DNA of 64,000 nt from Podarcis muralis (GCF_964188315.1 NC_135660.1:79670001-79734000); one strand, 5' to 3'; shown: positions 11,916 to 23,600, counted from the stretch's first letter. Numbers and translations are program-made. Notes: generated by a model not told the origin, from the sequence alone.

Positions 11916-12892
11916 TGTCTGGATGTATGGTCTAAAATGGGGACAGAAACAAGCACAATGTCATTAGAAAAGAAGACAACTTAAACTCTGGTCACATGCA
12001 TACCATACACTGAAAGCACATTTCCAGCACATGGTTTTCCCCAAAGAATCCTGGAAACAGTAGACTGTCACCCACAGAGCAACAGTTCCCAACACTGTTA
12101 AGAAACTACAGTTCCCACAATTCTTTTTAGAGACGTGTGCTCTAAATGTGCTTTAAATTTATGGTGTGGGTGTGACCTTTATCCTAATTAGCAGCTTCTG
12201 ATTTTAAGAAGGAGATGGACAATATTTGACAGAGAATCGGAACAGATATGGATTTTCAGGATTGTGATTTCAGGTTCTGATCTGGAAAGACAAGGTTCAG
12301 TAAACATTGCTTGATGCCCTGTTGAAAGGGGAGAACTAGGGGAAACTGGGACCTTACAAAAGAGCAAGTTGGTGACCCAAAGATTAGAACAAGAGCCCAA
12401 AGGTCCTTACGTGTGGCACAAACAGGAAGTACCGCAAAGAATTAATTCATTGCTGAGTCAGGCGACGTGTGCAGTTTCAGCACCATAGTACACCAGCCTG
12501 TTGTGCCAGTCATGTTATAACTTGTGCCACCTGTTTTCTACAGCCTTTACATGGTAAGGTTTGGATAAAGAAAATAAAATTCTAAGTATCTGTAATATGC
12601 ATCGCTGCTTTCGTCAGCAATGCCCAAGTTTTGGATCCTGAAATCTCTCAATTGCATCCTTTGAGTTCTGTGTGTCAAAGCAAACAGGCTGTGATTCCCA
12701 CCCCACCCCCAGACAAATCATGCTGTCCTACAAGAAACTATTATCACTAGCAATAAGGGTTTACTTCCTACCCCATTCTTGTCCCTGAGTGCTAGCATGG
12801 TCAGCTGCAAAAGAGGGCTGGGCTCCTGTAGTTTTAATAGTCGTGCAAAAGTGGGGATTTCAGCAAGTGTAAATTGCATGCCCCTACCAGCT

Positions 12893-13640
12893 ATCAACAA
12901 CCTCAGGTATGCAGATGACACAACCTTGATGGTAGAAAGTGAGGAGGAATTAAAGAACCTTTTAATGAGGGTGAAAGAGTGCAAAATATGGTTTGAAGCT
13001 CAACATCAAAAAAATGAAGATCATGGCCACTGGTCCCATCACCTCCTGGCAAATAGAAGGGGAAGAAATGGAGGCAGTGAGAGATTTTACTTTCTTGGGC
13101 TCCATGATCACTGCAGATGGTGACAGCAACCATGAAATTAAAAGACGCCTGCTTCTTGAGAGAAAAGCAATGACAAACCTAGACAGCATCTTAAAAAGCA
13201 GAGACATCACCTTGCCAACAAAGGTCCGTATGGTTAAAGCTATGGTTTTCCCAGTAGTGATGTATGGAAGTGAGAGCTGGACCATAAAGAAGGCTGATCG
13301 CAAAAGAGTCCCATGGACTGCAAGAAGATCAAACCTCTCCATTCTGAAGGAAATCAGCCCTGAGTGCTCACTGGAAGGACAGATCCTGAAGCTGAGGCTC
13401 CAATACTTTGGCCACCTCATGAGAAGAGAAGAATCCCTGGAAAAGACCCTGATGTTGGGAAAGATGGAGGGCACAAGGAAAAGGGGACGACAGAGGATGA
13501 GATGGTTGGATAGTGTTCTCAAAACTACCAGCATGAGTTTGACCAAACTGTGGGAGGCAGTGGAAGACAGGAGTGCCTGGCGTGCTCTGGTCCATGGGGT
13601 CACGAAGAGTCGGACACGACTAAACGACTAAACAACAACA
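12893..13640 (+). mobile_element. Bov-B (RTE) LINE 3' ~750 bp with small internal deletion
   Basis: INNLRYADDTTL RT motif through ..HGVTKSRTRLND; a frameshift, and a deletion at ~13300 relative to the copy at 2081. Confidence 0.93.
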
Positions 13641-16097
13641 TCAGCAACACAAAGGTGAGGAAGCCCTGTCATCTGTTGCATCTGGCCACCCTACAGAATA
13701 CAGATGTATACTTTCTCCAATCCAAGTGAATGGGTGCGATTCCTTCCTATGCAAAAAAGTCTAACTTCTGCATCTCGGGGAATTGCTGAAGTGATGGTGA
13801 AATGCTGCCCTATCTGGGGCCTGGCTGCAACCCCTATGCATGCTTGCATGGGACTAAGTTCCACTGAGCACAGTAGGACCCTCCTTGTACAGAAAGAGTA
13901 CCAAGAAATATAGCACAGCCTCCTGGGGGCCCTGCAATATATGGTACCTGTTCCCACCTTCCCTTCACTCCCGTTATAATCACAAGCATTTTGCTAATCT
14001 ATACAGTAATCAAATGCATTTAGAGTATTTCGGTCCAATAAGTCCCTGTTGATTTTAGCACACTGAAAGAATAATATACAATCATTTATACCTGTTAGGA
14101 ATCTTTGTTTGGTCCATGTTTGGAGTTCATATCAAAAGTCCAGTCCCTTTGTAATTTCCGTTTTGTTCCACAAAAGTCTTAGCAAGACTAATTTAGGAGG
14201 CATTCAGGATTCCATTTATAGACCAAGGGTTATGTAACAAGAGCTCATGTTTCTTATGCAAAGCATTTTAACCATAAATATTTTGCTTCACGATCGTCAA
14301 ACTATCAAAGCAGGTCTGTTGCTTTCAAGTGGGACTTCTCAAGAGCATGGTTTCCGGGTTCCTGCTATAGTCGCTGTTAATCCAAGAAAGCGAAACACAA
14401 AGGAAGTATTGTCCAGTGGTGGTAAAATACATGCAGAGAACAATGGAGCTTGCCACTTCAAAGTAAACAATTCAAAACAAATTGTTAACTCATTACTGAA
14501 CAATTTACAGTACTTGTTAAGGAGCAATTACTTAAATCAATCCACTGGTGGTAGCAAGCACATAATATTTGTGGCTTGGTTTTCTGTCTTGGGGGTGCTC
14601 CACTAATGGTACTTATAGTCACTTATAGTGGGAGTGTCAGGCAGTAAGCAAGTATTGAGATGATGTATTCCGTGTGATTTCTAAAATTCTGAATTTTACA
14701 GTGGTTAAAGACCCAGGCTTGACCTTGTTATCATTATTTTGAGGAGCAAATAAATATATGTTATTTAAGTGATTAATTAAAATCCATTTCCTGGGAGCGG
14801 CCCAGATACTGATCACATTCTTATGGAGAAGAGATTGTTAACTGTGTAAAACTGGTATGATAGCATTTGGATAGCATTTGCACTTGTAGGCAAACTAACA
14901 CAACAGTGCTATAGTAGTCAGAGGTGACAGTACCAAATATGGTTTTTATGATAACTGGTCTCCATTTCTTTCATTAATTCCTCGTCCAAAGAACCTAGAC
15001 TACCTTCTGTTTACTGTACTTTTTGGACAGGTATGTTAGACCAAACATCTTGATATTCCAGATTTTCTTTGTTTAGACTGACTCTTTCTAAAGTTTAAAG
15101 GTTGTGCTAATTTTATAAGTATGTTGTCATAATCAATACTATATGCTTGGCTTTTGTAGATAACATTCTTTCAAAAGTTTGTAATGAGGATACACAGTTC
15201 ACATGTATTTCCTCTCTCCCAATGTGATCTTTAGAATGTTTTGATTGTTTTATGCCATGCTTACTGTTTCCTAACATTTTGCACTTTTTGAAACAAAAAA
15301 TTGAAGATCTCTAAGAGCTTTACTGTATAAAGTGAACAATTGTACCCCCTCCCCTTTCTAATATCATCTAAAATATGTGAATATGCACAATATGTACACT
15401 GTTAATCTATTCTGTTGTTTAAACTTACTCAAGTCTTTGGCTCCTTTTCATACACCTCATGCTTGTAGCTCTCTCTAATATTTCTCAATACCTACCATGG
15501 AACACAGAACTCCAAATGAGGGACAATGCCAGGATGTTCAAGACTTGAAATCTGAAAATCCTTCAAAATGCTTTCTGAGGGTTGGAATTCCAAAAAGTGT
15601 GTGTGTGTGGGAGGGGGGGATTGTTCCAAGGTTCAGAGTTCCAAAAATTCCTGAACACTTGTTCCAGGGATAAAAATTCCAAAAAAGGTATGACAGCTGG
15701 AATTCTGAAAAATGCTGAAAACATGTTTCAATTAATCTGAAAATGCTAAAAAAAAAAAAAAAATAATCTGAGGGTTGGAATTCTGAAAATACCGCAAAAT
15801 GCCTTCTGAGAGTCAAAATTCCAAAAATTCATGGGAAAGTATTCTGCATGTAGCAATTCTGAAAATTCACAAAAGGTTTAAATTCATTGTGATCCGATAA
15901 AAGCTGGAAAATCTCTTTTCCCAATGCTGGCTAAGGGCATATATGTTCTCTTAAAAATCATTTATAAGCTATTAAGCTGAAAAGTTGAAAGAGCAGAAAG
16001 AGCGCCCAGAATATTATTATTTTGCGATCAATAAGAAATGCTGTTCTCTTCGTGTCTGTGTTGGGAGGTTTCCCTGCTGTAACCATTGTTTGCTGTA

Positions 16098-16331
16098 CAG
16101 TGGTACCTTGGGTTAAGAACTTAATTCGTTCTGGAGGTCTATTCTCAACCTGAAACTGTTCTTAACCTGAGGTACTATTTTAGCTAATGGGGCCTCCTGC
16201 TGTTGCTGCTGCACGATTTCTGTTCTCATCCTGAAGCAAAGTTCTTAACCCGAGGTGCTATTTCTGAGTTAGTGGAGTCTGTAACCTGAAGCATCTGTAA
16301 CCTGAAGGGTCTGTAACCCAAGGTACCACTG
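16098..16331. mobile_element. Tc1/mariner (Tigger-like) MITE family A
   Basis: TIR cagtggtacc../..ggtaccactg with TA TSDs. Confidence 0.9.
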
Positions 16332-17675
16332 TATTAGTTTATTATTGAACACCCACCTCCGAAAGTGGTATTTTTTCCTTATTTTCCCCCTTCACCCTGA
16401 TTTGTATATGAATAGCTCTTGTAAAAGTAACAAACAAGGTGCCTTTATACAGGTGTGTTTCCTTCCAGAACCAACTGCCATGCCTTATCCTGATCTTAAT
16501 ACAGTATTCCTTTCTTTAACCATTATTTGATTTTGTAAAATGATAATCTTATCCATGGCTACATTCTGGCTGGAGAATTGTTTATCATTATTTATATTCT
16601 GTGATATTGTACCGTTCTATGTGCCAAACTATTGGGGGGGGGGTAATTTTTTTTATTTCTGCGGATTTTTCTCATTAATGCCCCTTTCTCATATCTTAAA
16701 AGGAAAACTGTTTCTATCATTTTTTTTTAGGAAATAGAAGAGCCGAACATGTCCTACTCATGGTCCTCTGACTCTTTTCCTGGGAGTTACATGAATTTTC
16801 TTTTACACCTGCTAACTGAAAAGACTGATGTTCTTCAGTGGTTGCAACTTTCTGCTCCAAAGGGAAACAAGAAAGAAAAAGTTGCTTGTTGCTTCTTCCT
16901 AGCAAAGTTTATGTCAACGTAAATGATATTCCTATCAATGGTTCATAGTCATGCTCAGGTGTCTTACAGGCCACATGAGGATGAAAAGGGAAATACTGAA
17001 AATACTGATATTGCTATGCATTATGCTTAAGTTGGATCATTGTGTTTGTCATAAAGTAACAACCCCTCAGATTAAGTGTATGTATATGATCTGATGGTTT
17101 GGTTGATATTTGCAGATTAATTTCCTTGAGTTGTGGGTTTAAATGTGTTCCCTACAAACACCAGAATCCCAGTCAGGGCTGTAGCCTGGGGGACATGGGG
17201 GGAGCGTAGCCCTGGGTGCATGATTCTGAGGCATGTGAAGAAGATGCCCAATGCAGAGATCCCCATTCTGCCTTGCCTGCCACCAGGGGTCTCTGGGCCC
17301 TGGAGCCCAGCCTGGCCTGGCCTTGCCACCACAACCTTGGCCTCCTCGCGGAATGGCTGTCCGGCCAGTGTTGGGTGATGCATCCACCAAGGGTTATCTT
17401 GGCCGGCCAGGCTCCCCCAGCGTGGGCAGGCAAGCGGCACAGTGCAGCCCCATGAACCCTCCATGTCCTGCGCCTAGCAGACAGTGTCAGTGGCGAGGGC
17501 TGGGCTGGTGCCTAATATAATGCACATTTGTATGTTATTTTCCACTGACAAGCATTTCTATGGCCGCTTTACCCTAGTATATCCATTTTTGCACACATTA
17601 CATGGACAGAGAACAGCATTGCGAAAGTGCAGGTTTCAATGGGTGGCTTTCTTTCGTATCCTCTCACAGAAGGTA

Positions 17676-18020
17676 AGGTAAAGGGACCCCTGACCATTAG
17701 TTCCAGTCGTGACTGACTCTGGGGTTGCGGCGCTCATCTCGTTTATTGGCCGAGGGAGCTGGCGTACAGCTTCCAGGTCATGTGGCCAGCATGACTAAGC
17801 CGCTTCTGGAGAACCAGAGCAGCGCACGGAAACGCTGTTTACCTTCCCGCCGGAGTGGTACCTATTTATCTACTTGCACTTTGACGCACTTTCGAACTGC
17901 TAGGTTGGCAGGAGCAGGGACTGAGCAACGGGAGCTCACCCCATCACGGGGATTCGTACCGCTGACCTTCTGATCGGCAAGTCCTAGGCTCTGTGGTTTA
18001 ACCCACAGCGCCACCCGCGT
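17676..18020 (-). mobile_element. Sauria SINE, full length
   Basis: 15-bp TSD ctctcacagaaggta at 17661-17675 and 18021-18035. Confidence 0.95.
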
Positions 18021-18044
18021 CTCTCACAGAAGGTAGGTCCTGCT

Positions 18045-18725
18045 CAGCGGCGTAGCGTGGGTTATCAGCACCCGGGGCAAGGCAAGTAATTTGCGCCCCC
18101 TAACCCGGGGCAAGGCAAGTAATTTGCGCCCCCTAACCCGGGGCAAGGCAAGTACAGTAATTTACTCTCCCAAGCAGCAGCAGCGAGGCTTCTCTTTCCC
18201 CCGCGCTCTCCTGGAGCTGCCTCTTTTCTTTCCTTTTTCCCCTTTCTCCAAGGCTTTTCGCTTTCTCTCCTAAGTTGATTCCTCCTCCACACCACGGCGT
18301 TTCCTGGCTGCTCCCCCCCTTCCCCTCTCTCTCCTCCTCGCTCTGCTTGCCTTGCCCTGCCCTGCCTGAGGGCGCCCTGAGGAGACTCCGCTCTCCTTTT
18401 TGACCAGGCGAGGTGGAAAAAAGGGGGGAAAGTCTCTTCCCGCCCCCTCGCCAGACTCCCTGCTCGGCTCGGCTCACTACCCAGGCGGCCAGTGGAGAGA
18501 GTCTTGAGCCGCTTAATTCCCAGCAAGGAATTAGCAGGCTCGCTCCACCTCCTCCTCCTCCCGACTTTGCTGCTGCTGCTGCTGCGCGGATTTTTTCCTC
18601 TACCGACGGCACGCTGTGCCTTGGAGAGGTTCCCGCTTCCTCGAGGGGGGCCGACCAAACGCGCCCCCCAAAATGTTGCGCCCGGTGCGGCCGGCACCCC
18701 TGGCACCCCCCACGCTACGCCACTG
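18045..18725. mobile_element. GC-rich non-autonomous hAT element
   Basis: TIR cagcggcgtagcgtggg/cccacgctacgccactg; 8-bp TSD gtcctgct/ctcctgct; internal 33-bp tandem repeat. Confidence 0.85.
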
Positions 18726-19038
18726 CTCCTGCTTAAACCTCAGTTAGAGGATTATTGCTGCTGAAGCAACATTTGAAACTCTGTCTTTGTGCACCCTTTA
18801 ACCTGATCCCTGGGTGAAGCAGTGCCATATAATCTTGCAACTGTTCCCTTACCTCAGCCTAGACCTTGCCCCAGCTCCCCTGTTCTTGCTCTGTTTGCCG
18901 AAACCTAGATCTCTACCTGTAGCAAGAACCACCCAACGAAATTGCTCAAAACGGAACAGTTTGCTTCATTTGAGTGAAAAAGGATGGTCCCCAAATCACA
19001 TCGAGAGAGTGGCTGCTCAAGATTGTTCTAAAAGCACG

Positions 19039-19178
19039 GAGCTGGGATAGCTCAGTCAGTAGGACACAAGACTCTTATTCTCAGGGTCTTGAGTTTGAGC
19101 CCCCCCTTTGGGGGCTGCATTGCAAGGGGCTGGGCTGGATGACATTTGTGGCCCCTTCCATTCTGCAATTCTATGAAT
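19039..19178 (+). mobile_element. tRNA-Lys-headed SINE with CR1-type tail, decayed
   Basis: gatagctcagtcagtagga..actcttattctcagggtc; tail ..ccccttccattctgcaattctatga. Confidence 0.75.
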
Positions 19179-19435
19179 AGATAAGGAGCAAGATGTGTGT
19201 CAGGTGGTGGAGAGGCATGTAATGATAATGAACTGGGGCAGTAAAAACTGTTTCAATAATGGTCAAATATGCCCACATGTCATTAGCTAAACACATAGGT
19301 AAATGTTGTATCATTATCACTCTAAAACAGTAACTTCAAGATAAAATATAGTATGGAAAGTATAGAAACAGTAATGGAACAGCGTATTATTCCAAATGTA
19401 GCGAACCTACAAATTCAATGGAACAGTCCAATATA

Positions 19436-19665
19436 CGGTCGTACCTTGGTTGTCAAGCGGAATCCATTCTGGAAGTCTGTTCGACTTCCGAAAATGTTTG
19501 ACAACCAAGGAGCGGCTTCTGATTGGCTGCAGGAAGCTCCTGCAGCCAATTGGAAGCTGCGTCAGATGTTTGGGTTCCAAAGAACGTTCGCAAACTGGAA
19601 CACTTGCAGCGTTCGGGAGCGAAAATGTTAGAGTCACAAGGCGTTTGGGATCCAAGGTACGACTG
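19436..19665. mobile_element. Tigger-like MITE family B
   Basis: TIR c(a/g)gtcgtaccttgg/ccaaggtacgactg; TA TSDs. Confidence 0.88.
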
Positions 19666-19780
19666 TATTATTAGCTTCTTGGCTTCTATACTATCAGCAA
19701 TCCTATTACTCTTTGGAATTTGGTACACAATGTGCCCGAAGTTCTCTAGGTGATTCGGTCAATTAAACAGATTTTTGAAT

Positions 19781-20078
19781 GATATCTGTATATATGAATG
19801 AAAAGGTTCTAAAAATTAGTAAGAAATTATAAGATAGTATACGGTAATTAGTTTAATGTCAAGTTTTGTACAACAGGAAAATAGAAAAGGTAAAGGCATT
19901 GAGGGGTGGGGTGGGAAATCTTAGGTGTATAAATGTAGGAGTGTATGGTGAATTGTATTATATTTTGAACTGACATTGTTTTGTAATTTTTGTTTTTTCA
20001 AAAGACCATATATAATAATGTTATGTTATCAAGTAAATTCAATAAAAAATTAAAAGCAAAAAAATAAAAAAAATAAAA
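19781..20078 (+). mobile_element. L1-type 3' UTR fragment with poly(A) tail
   Basis: 16-bp TSD aaacagatttttgaat at 19765-19780 and 20079-20094; AATAAA plus an A-rich tail. Confidence 0.85.
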
Positions 20079-20136
20079 AAACAGATTTTTGAATTCTGCT
20101 TTAATATATCTATAAACACCCATAAAGACAGTCAGA

Positions 20137-20507
20137 TCAAAATTCGCACATTATTAACCGAGCCACATTGCATGAGATGTCATTCCATTTGCCATCTGGA
20201 TACAATTCTATGCAGTCCTCTTCCACCCCATTGGGTTCTTTTGGTGCCCAGTTTGAATATTCCATTGTTTCACCATTAAGATGCTTGAAGATGCCTTCTG
20301 TCTCCTGGTCATTCATTCCAAAAAATACTTTTCTTCCCATTTTTGCAGAGAGTTTCAGTGCAGCATTGTTTTCATTTTCATTCCTTGGAGAAGCAACCTG
20401 GCCACCAAAATGGTTACACGTCGCTTTTGAAGTCTCATAATCACCGTCATCTCCATTAGTCACAAATAGTTTCCCTCCTACTCTTGTGCTGTTTGAGAAA
20501 ATGTAAC
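20137..20507 (-). CDS. Gene 2 exon: C-type lectin CRD
   Basis: Acceptor cattctag; YIFSNSTRVGGKLFVTNG..EPNGVEEDC..WND..CEF*. Confidence 0.95.
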
Positions 20508-23497
20508 CTAGAATGGCTAACAGACAATACAATCAAAATTAATTATTTCAAATGTGCTTTCGTCATTAATAGCCCAAATTTAGGACCTGGGCCTGATTCA
20601 TACAGCAATTGCTGTACATTTAGTTGCTCAAATGAGTGGTTTGGTTGCATTAAGGACTGTGTAATGTCAGAGGATGATATTAATGGCAACCCGTACATCT
20701 TTCATCAAGGTACACAAACAACTAGCTTACCTTTCTGGGTTTTGCTTGCAGTCAGCTGCAAAGCCTTCAGCTCTCCTTGTAAATCACTGATTTGAGTTTT
20801 GAGCAGCTCAAGTTCTAAAAGGCAAAAGGACAGTATTGTTCTTGTTCTGTTTGTGTTAAAGTATAAAAGATTGCAAAGGAATCTGCTTCAGAAGTGACAA
20901 ATCTCAAATCCACCATTGCCCTTCTCCCTGCCCCATTCAGTTTCTCATTGTCTTAATTCCAGAAGAGTGTTAGTCTTTGCAGCAAAATCAGCAGTGTCTT
21001 GGCAGAACTTAAAGACTAGCAAATGTAATGTCGCATGCATTTTTGTGGTTCAGAAGAGCTCACCTCATCAGATGCATAAAGTTGATAGTGTACACAATGA
21101 ACCATCCATCAAGGAACAAGGAAACTATTTTCAAACTATAACAAATCAGGTCAGGTCTGGTTCAGACTCCACTCACCTCCCTTACCTAACCATAGTGATG
21201 TTGAGGCCACAATCATAGCAGGCTGAAAAAAATGGCACCATACTTCCTTGCTCATCGAATCATAGAACCGTAAAGTTGAAGAGACCACAAGAGTCATCTA
21301 GTCCAACCCCCTGCAATGCAGGAATCTTCTGTCGAAGGTGCGACTCAGCCCCACAACCCTCAGATTTAAGAGTCTCATGTTCTACAGGCTGAGCTATCCC
21401 AGCTCATGTGTATGTGTATGAATTGGTAGTGTCACATGGGACTTTATATGAGACTGTTTGCTTCCATCAACTAGAATCTGCTTGAATCAATAAATGAAAC
21501 ATTTCTGTTGTTGATTGAAGTAGCAGTCCTAAAGAATCATGGGAGTACAAGGCCTCAGTTTAACCAGACTGATTTTGCAGCTGTAATCAATTGGCCATTT
21601 TAATTAAGACAGATATCTAAAGCAACTCTAGACTTTAATACACTTATATTTCAATAAAGACATTTCCTCTCCCATCGTTTGGAATGTTTTACTTTTCGCA
21701 TGGAACCACAAAGTTTAGATTCTTATTAGCCTTGTGTATAGAACCCAGACAAATTTCAGTAAAATCTCTTGGCTTGTGTGTGTCTGCAGTTGTCCACATC
21801 CCTTACCTTTTCCTCCACATTCACCTTTCTGACCACTTTCCCCTTTAAGGCCAGGAGGCCCAGCTTTTCCTGGGAGTCCCTGCATTCCTCGTAAACCTGC
21901 CATTTAATCCAATGGATAAACAGAAAAAGATGAACTAATGAGCAACATAATGCATGGGCATTCTTAGGTTATAGTTAAACATATGAATACACCAACAAAT
22001 AGTTATTTGAAAGGGCATTCTGCGGGAAACTGGGGGTCTTCATTGTTGCCCAAGTGTGCTCTGTGTTCCACCTCTTTGGAGGAGAGTGACCAGCAGTCTT
22101 TTCTAGTTGTGTTATTTGAGATCCCTTTTTTGTGGAGAACCACAGATGGAACATGGGGCCTCCTCCATGCCAGGTATGTGCTTTGATTTCCTCCTAATAC
22201 TGAGAGAGCAACCAAGATGATCAAGGGTCTGGAAACCAAGCCTTATAAGGAACAATTGAGGGGATTGGGTCTGTTAGCCAGGGAAAGAGGAGACAGGGGA
22301 GATCTGGTAGCCATCTTCAAATATCTCAAGGGCTGTCACATGGAAGATGGAGCAAGCTTGTTTTCTCCAGCTCTGGAGGGTAGAACTCAAACCAATGGCT
22401 TCAAGTTACAAGAAAGGAGATTCCGGCTAAACATCAGGAAGAACTTTCTGACAGTAAGAGTTGTTCAACAGTAGAATGGAATCCCGAGGGAGGATGTGGT
22501 CTCTCCTTCGTTGGATGGTAATCTGTCATTAAGATTACCGCCTTAAGAGCGGCAAGCCACACTCCCTGAGCCAGCCGATAGGCTGGCCAGGGTATGACGC
22601 GGCAGAAGATTCCCCCTGTATGCGTGAGGCTGAGAGCCAGCCTCAGTGCGGGAGTTGGGGGCGGGAAGCCCGCAAACCCACCTCCTCCCTAGGGTCAGAA
22701 ATGGCTTTAGTTGATTTAAAGACTATTTACAGAAATACTGTAAAATTAATGAATGTTAGAAAAATGTTGGAATGAAGTTATATGGCTTTAGTAGAAATGT
22801 TATAAGGAATTAAGTATAAATAGATTACTAGAGCATTAAAGGGAGAAATAAGGTTAAAATGTGTTAAGATAATTATAGGATAGAAAATAGAGGAAGATGG
22901 AAAGGAATTGCTGAAACAATCAATAGACGTGGAATACAAAAAGGGAGGTGTGAGGAGGTCGTGGAAATTAGCGAAAGAAGGATAAAATATTGAAATTGGA
23001 CTGTGTTTTAAATGGTTTTTGTTTTGTTTTGTTAGTTGTATGTTAGTGTTTTCTTTTTTATTATATTGTATTGTATTATTGTATGTTTTTTTCTTTTTTG
23101 GTTTTTTGTAGTGTTGTGTTCAATTTGTTGGAAAACTAATAAATATTATTATATAAAAAAAGAGGAAATGGCTTTAGTTGAGATCTTTGCATTGCAGGGA
23201 GTTGAATATATAGCCCTCAAGGTCCTTTCCAACTTTACAGTTCTATGATTTTATGACTACCATTGGATAACTCTTGGAAATTCCTTATGCCATACCTTGC
23301 TCTCCCTTTTCACCTTGAGGACCTTCCTTCCCATCTCTTCCTGGCAGTCCATTGCTCCCAGGGATGCCTGGCAATCCATTGCTTTCAGGAATAACCATGC
23401 AGGCTGGCACTTTCTCTTCACAGTTGCATTGCTCCGGATCTGACATTCTCACCGATGACGCTCCCAGCACAAGAATGCAGAGGACATGGCGTTGCAT
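20137..23497 (-). CDS. Collectin gene 2: mannose-binding-lectin-like, 4 coding exons, predicted 248 aa
   Basis: Exons 23296-23497 (202 nt), 21807-21896 (90 nt, GLRGMQGLPGKAGPPG, like [17 protein letters not shown]), 20731-20814 (84 nt neck) and 20137-20507 (371 nt CRD, EPN/WND). The sum of 747 nt is an open frame. Confidence 0.9.
20731..20814 (-). CDS. Gene 2 exon: 84-nt neck
   Basis: ccttttag/AA..AAAG/gtaagc; encodes ELELLKTQISDLQGELKALQLTASKTQK. Confidence 0.92.
21253..21405 (-). mobile_element. tRNA-Lys-headed SINE with CR1-type tail
   Basis: Minus strand ..gatagctcagcctgtagaacatgagactcttaa..; tail ..gcagggggttggactagatga..ttctatgattc. Confidence 0.8.
21807..21896 (-). CDS. Gene 2 exon: 90-nt collagen exon with MASP-type motif
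   Basis: atggcag/GT..AAAG/gtaagg; encodes GLRGMQGLPGKAGPPGLKGESGQKGECGGK. Confidence 0.92.
22200..23255 (+). mobile_element. CR1 LINE 3' end, interrupted by two younger insertions
   Basis: ORF2 C-terminus MIKGLETKPY..FRLNIRKNFLTVRVVQQ; the CR1 tail resumes at 23165-23255. Confidence 0.9.
22715..23164 (+). mobile_element. L1-type 3' fragment nested in CR1
   Basis: 17-bp TSD gaaatggctttagttga at 22698-22714 and 23165-23181; FKDYLQKYC-like ORF end, AATAAA and A tail. Confidence 0.85.
23296..23497 (-). CDS. Gene 2 exon: signal peptide + Cys region + collagen start
   Basis: Acceptor gccttag at 23514-23520, ATG at 23497; [48 protein letters not shown]; donor CAAG/gtatgg. Confidence 0.85.
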
Positions 23498-23600
23498 TTC
23501 TCGATGATGAGATCTAAGGCAAAGCACAACAGCATTTGTATAGTTAGTTGAAGGCGACGTCTCTGCCTGGGGCCATGCCAGATAGTACACCTGAGCTTAC

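Noticed and set aside
12318-12360. Plus-strand GELGETGTL collagen-like triplets
   Set aside because: Only three triplets, on the wrong strand for the array, with no splice context; chance.
15540-15870. CRISPR-like interpretation of the spaced repeat
   Set aside because: This is a vertebrate genome, the repeats are short and degenerate, the spacing is irregular, and there are no cas genes.
18065-18764. Several overlapping 90-213 aa ORFs
   Set aside because: They lie entirely inside the GC-rich hAT element, are low-complexity and show no transposase motifs.
23514-23600. Possible 87-nt intron making the Sauria SINE fragment a 5'UTR exon of gene 2
   Set aside because: The gtaagc donor has a poor exonic context, and there is no acceptor or TSS evidence; cannot be supported without reads.
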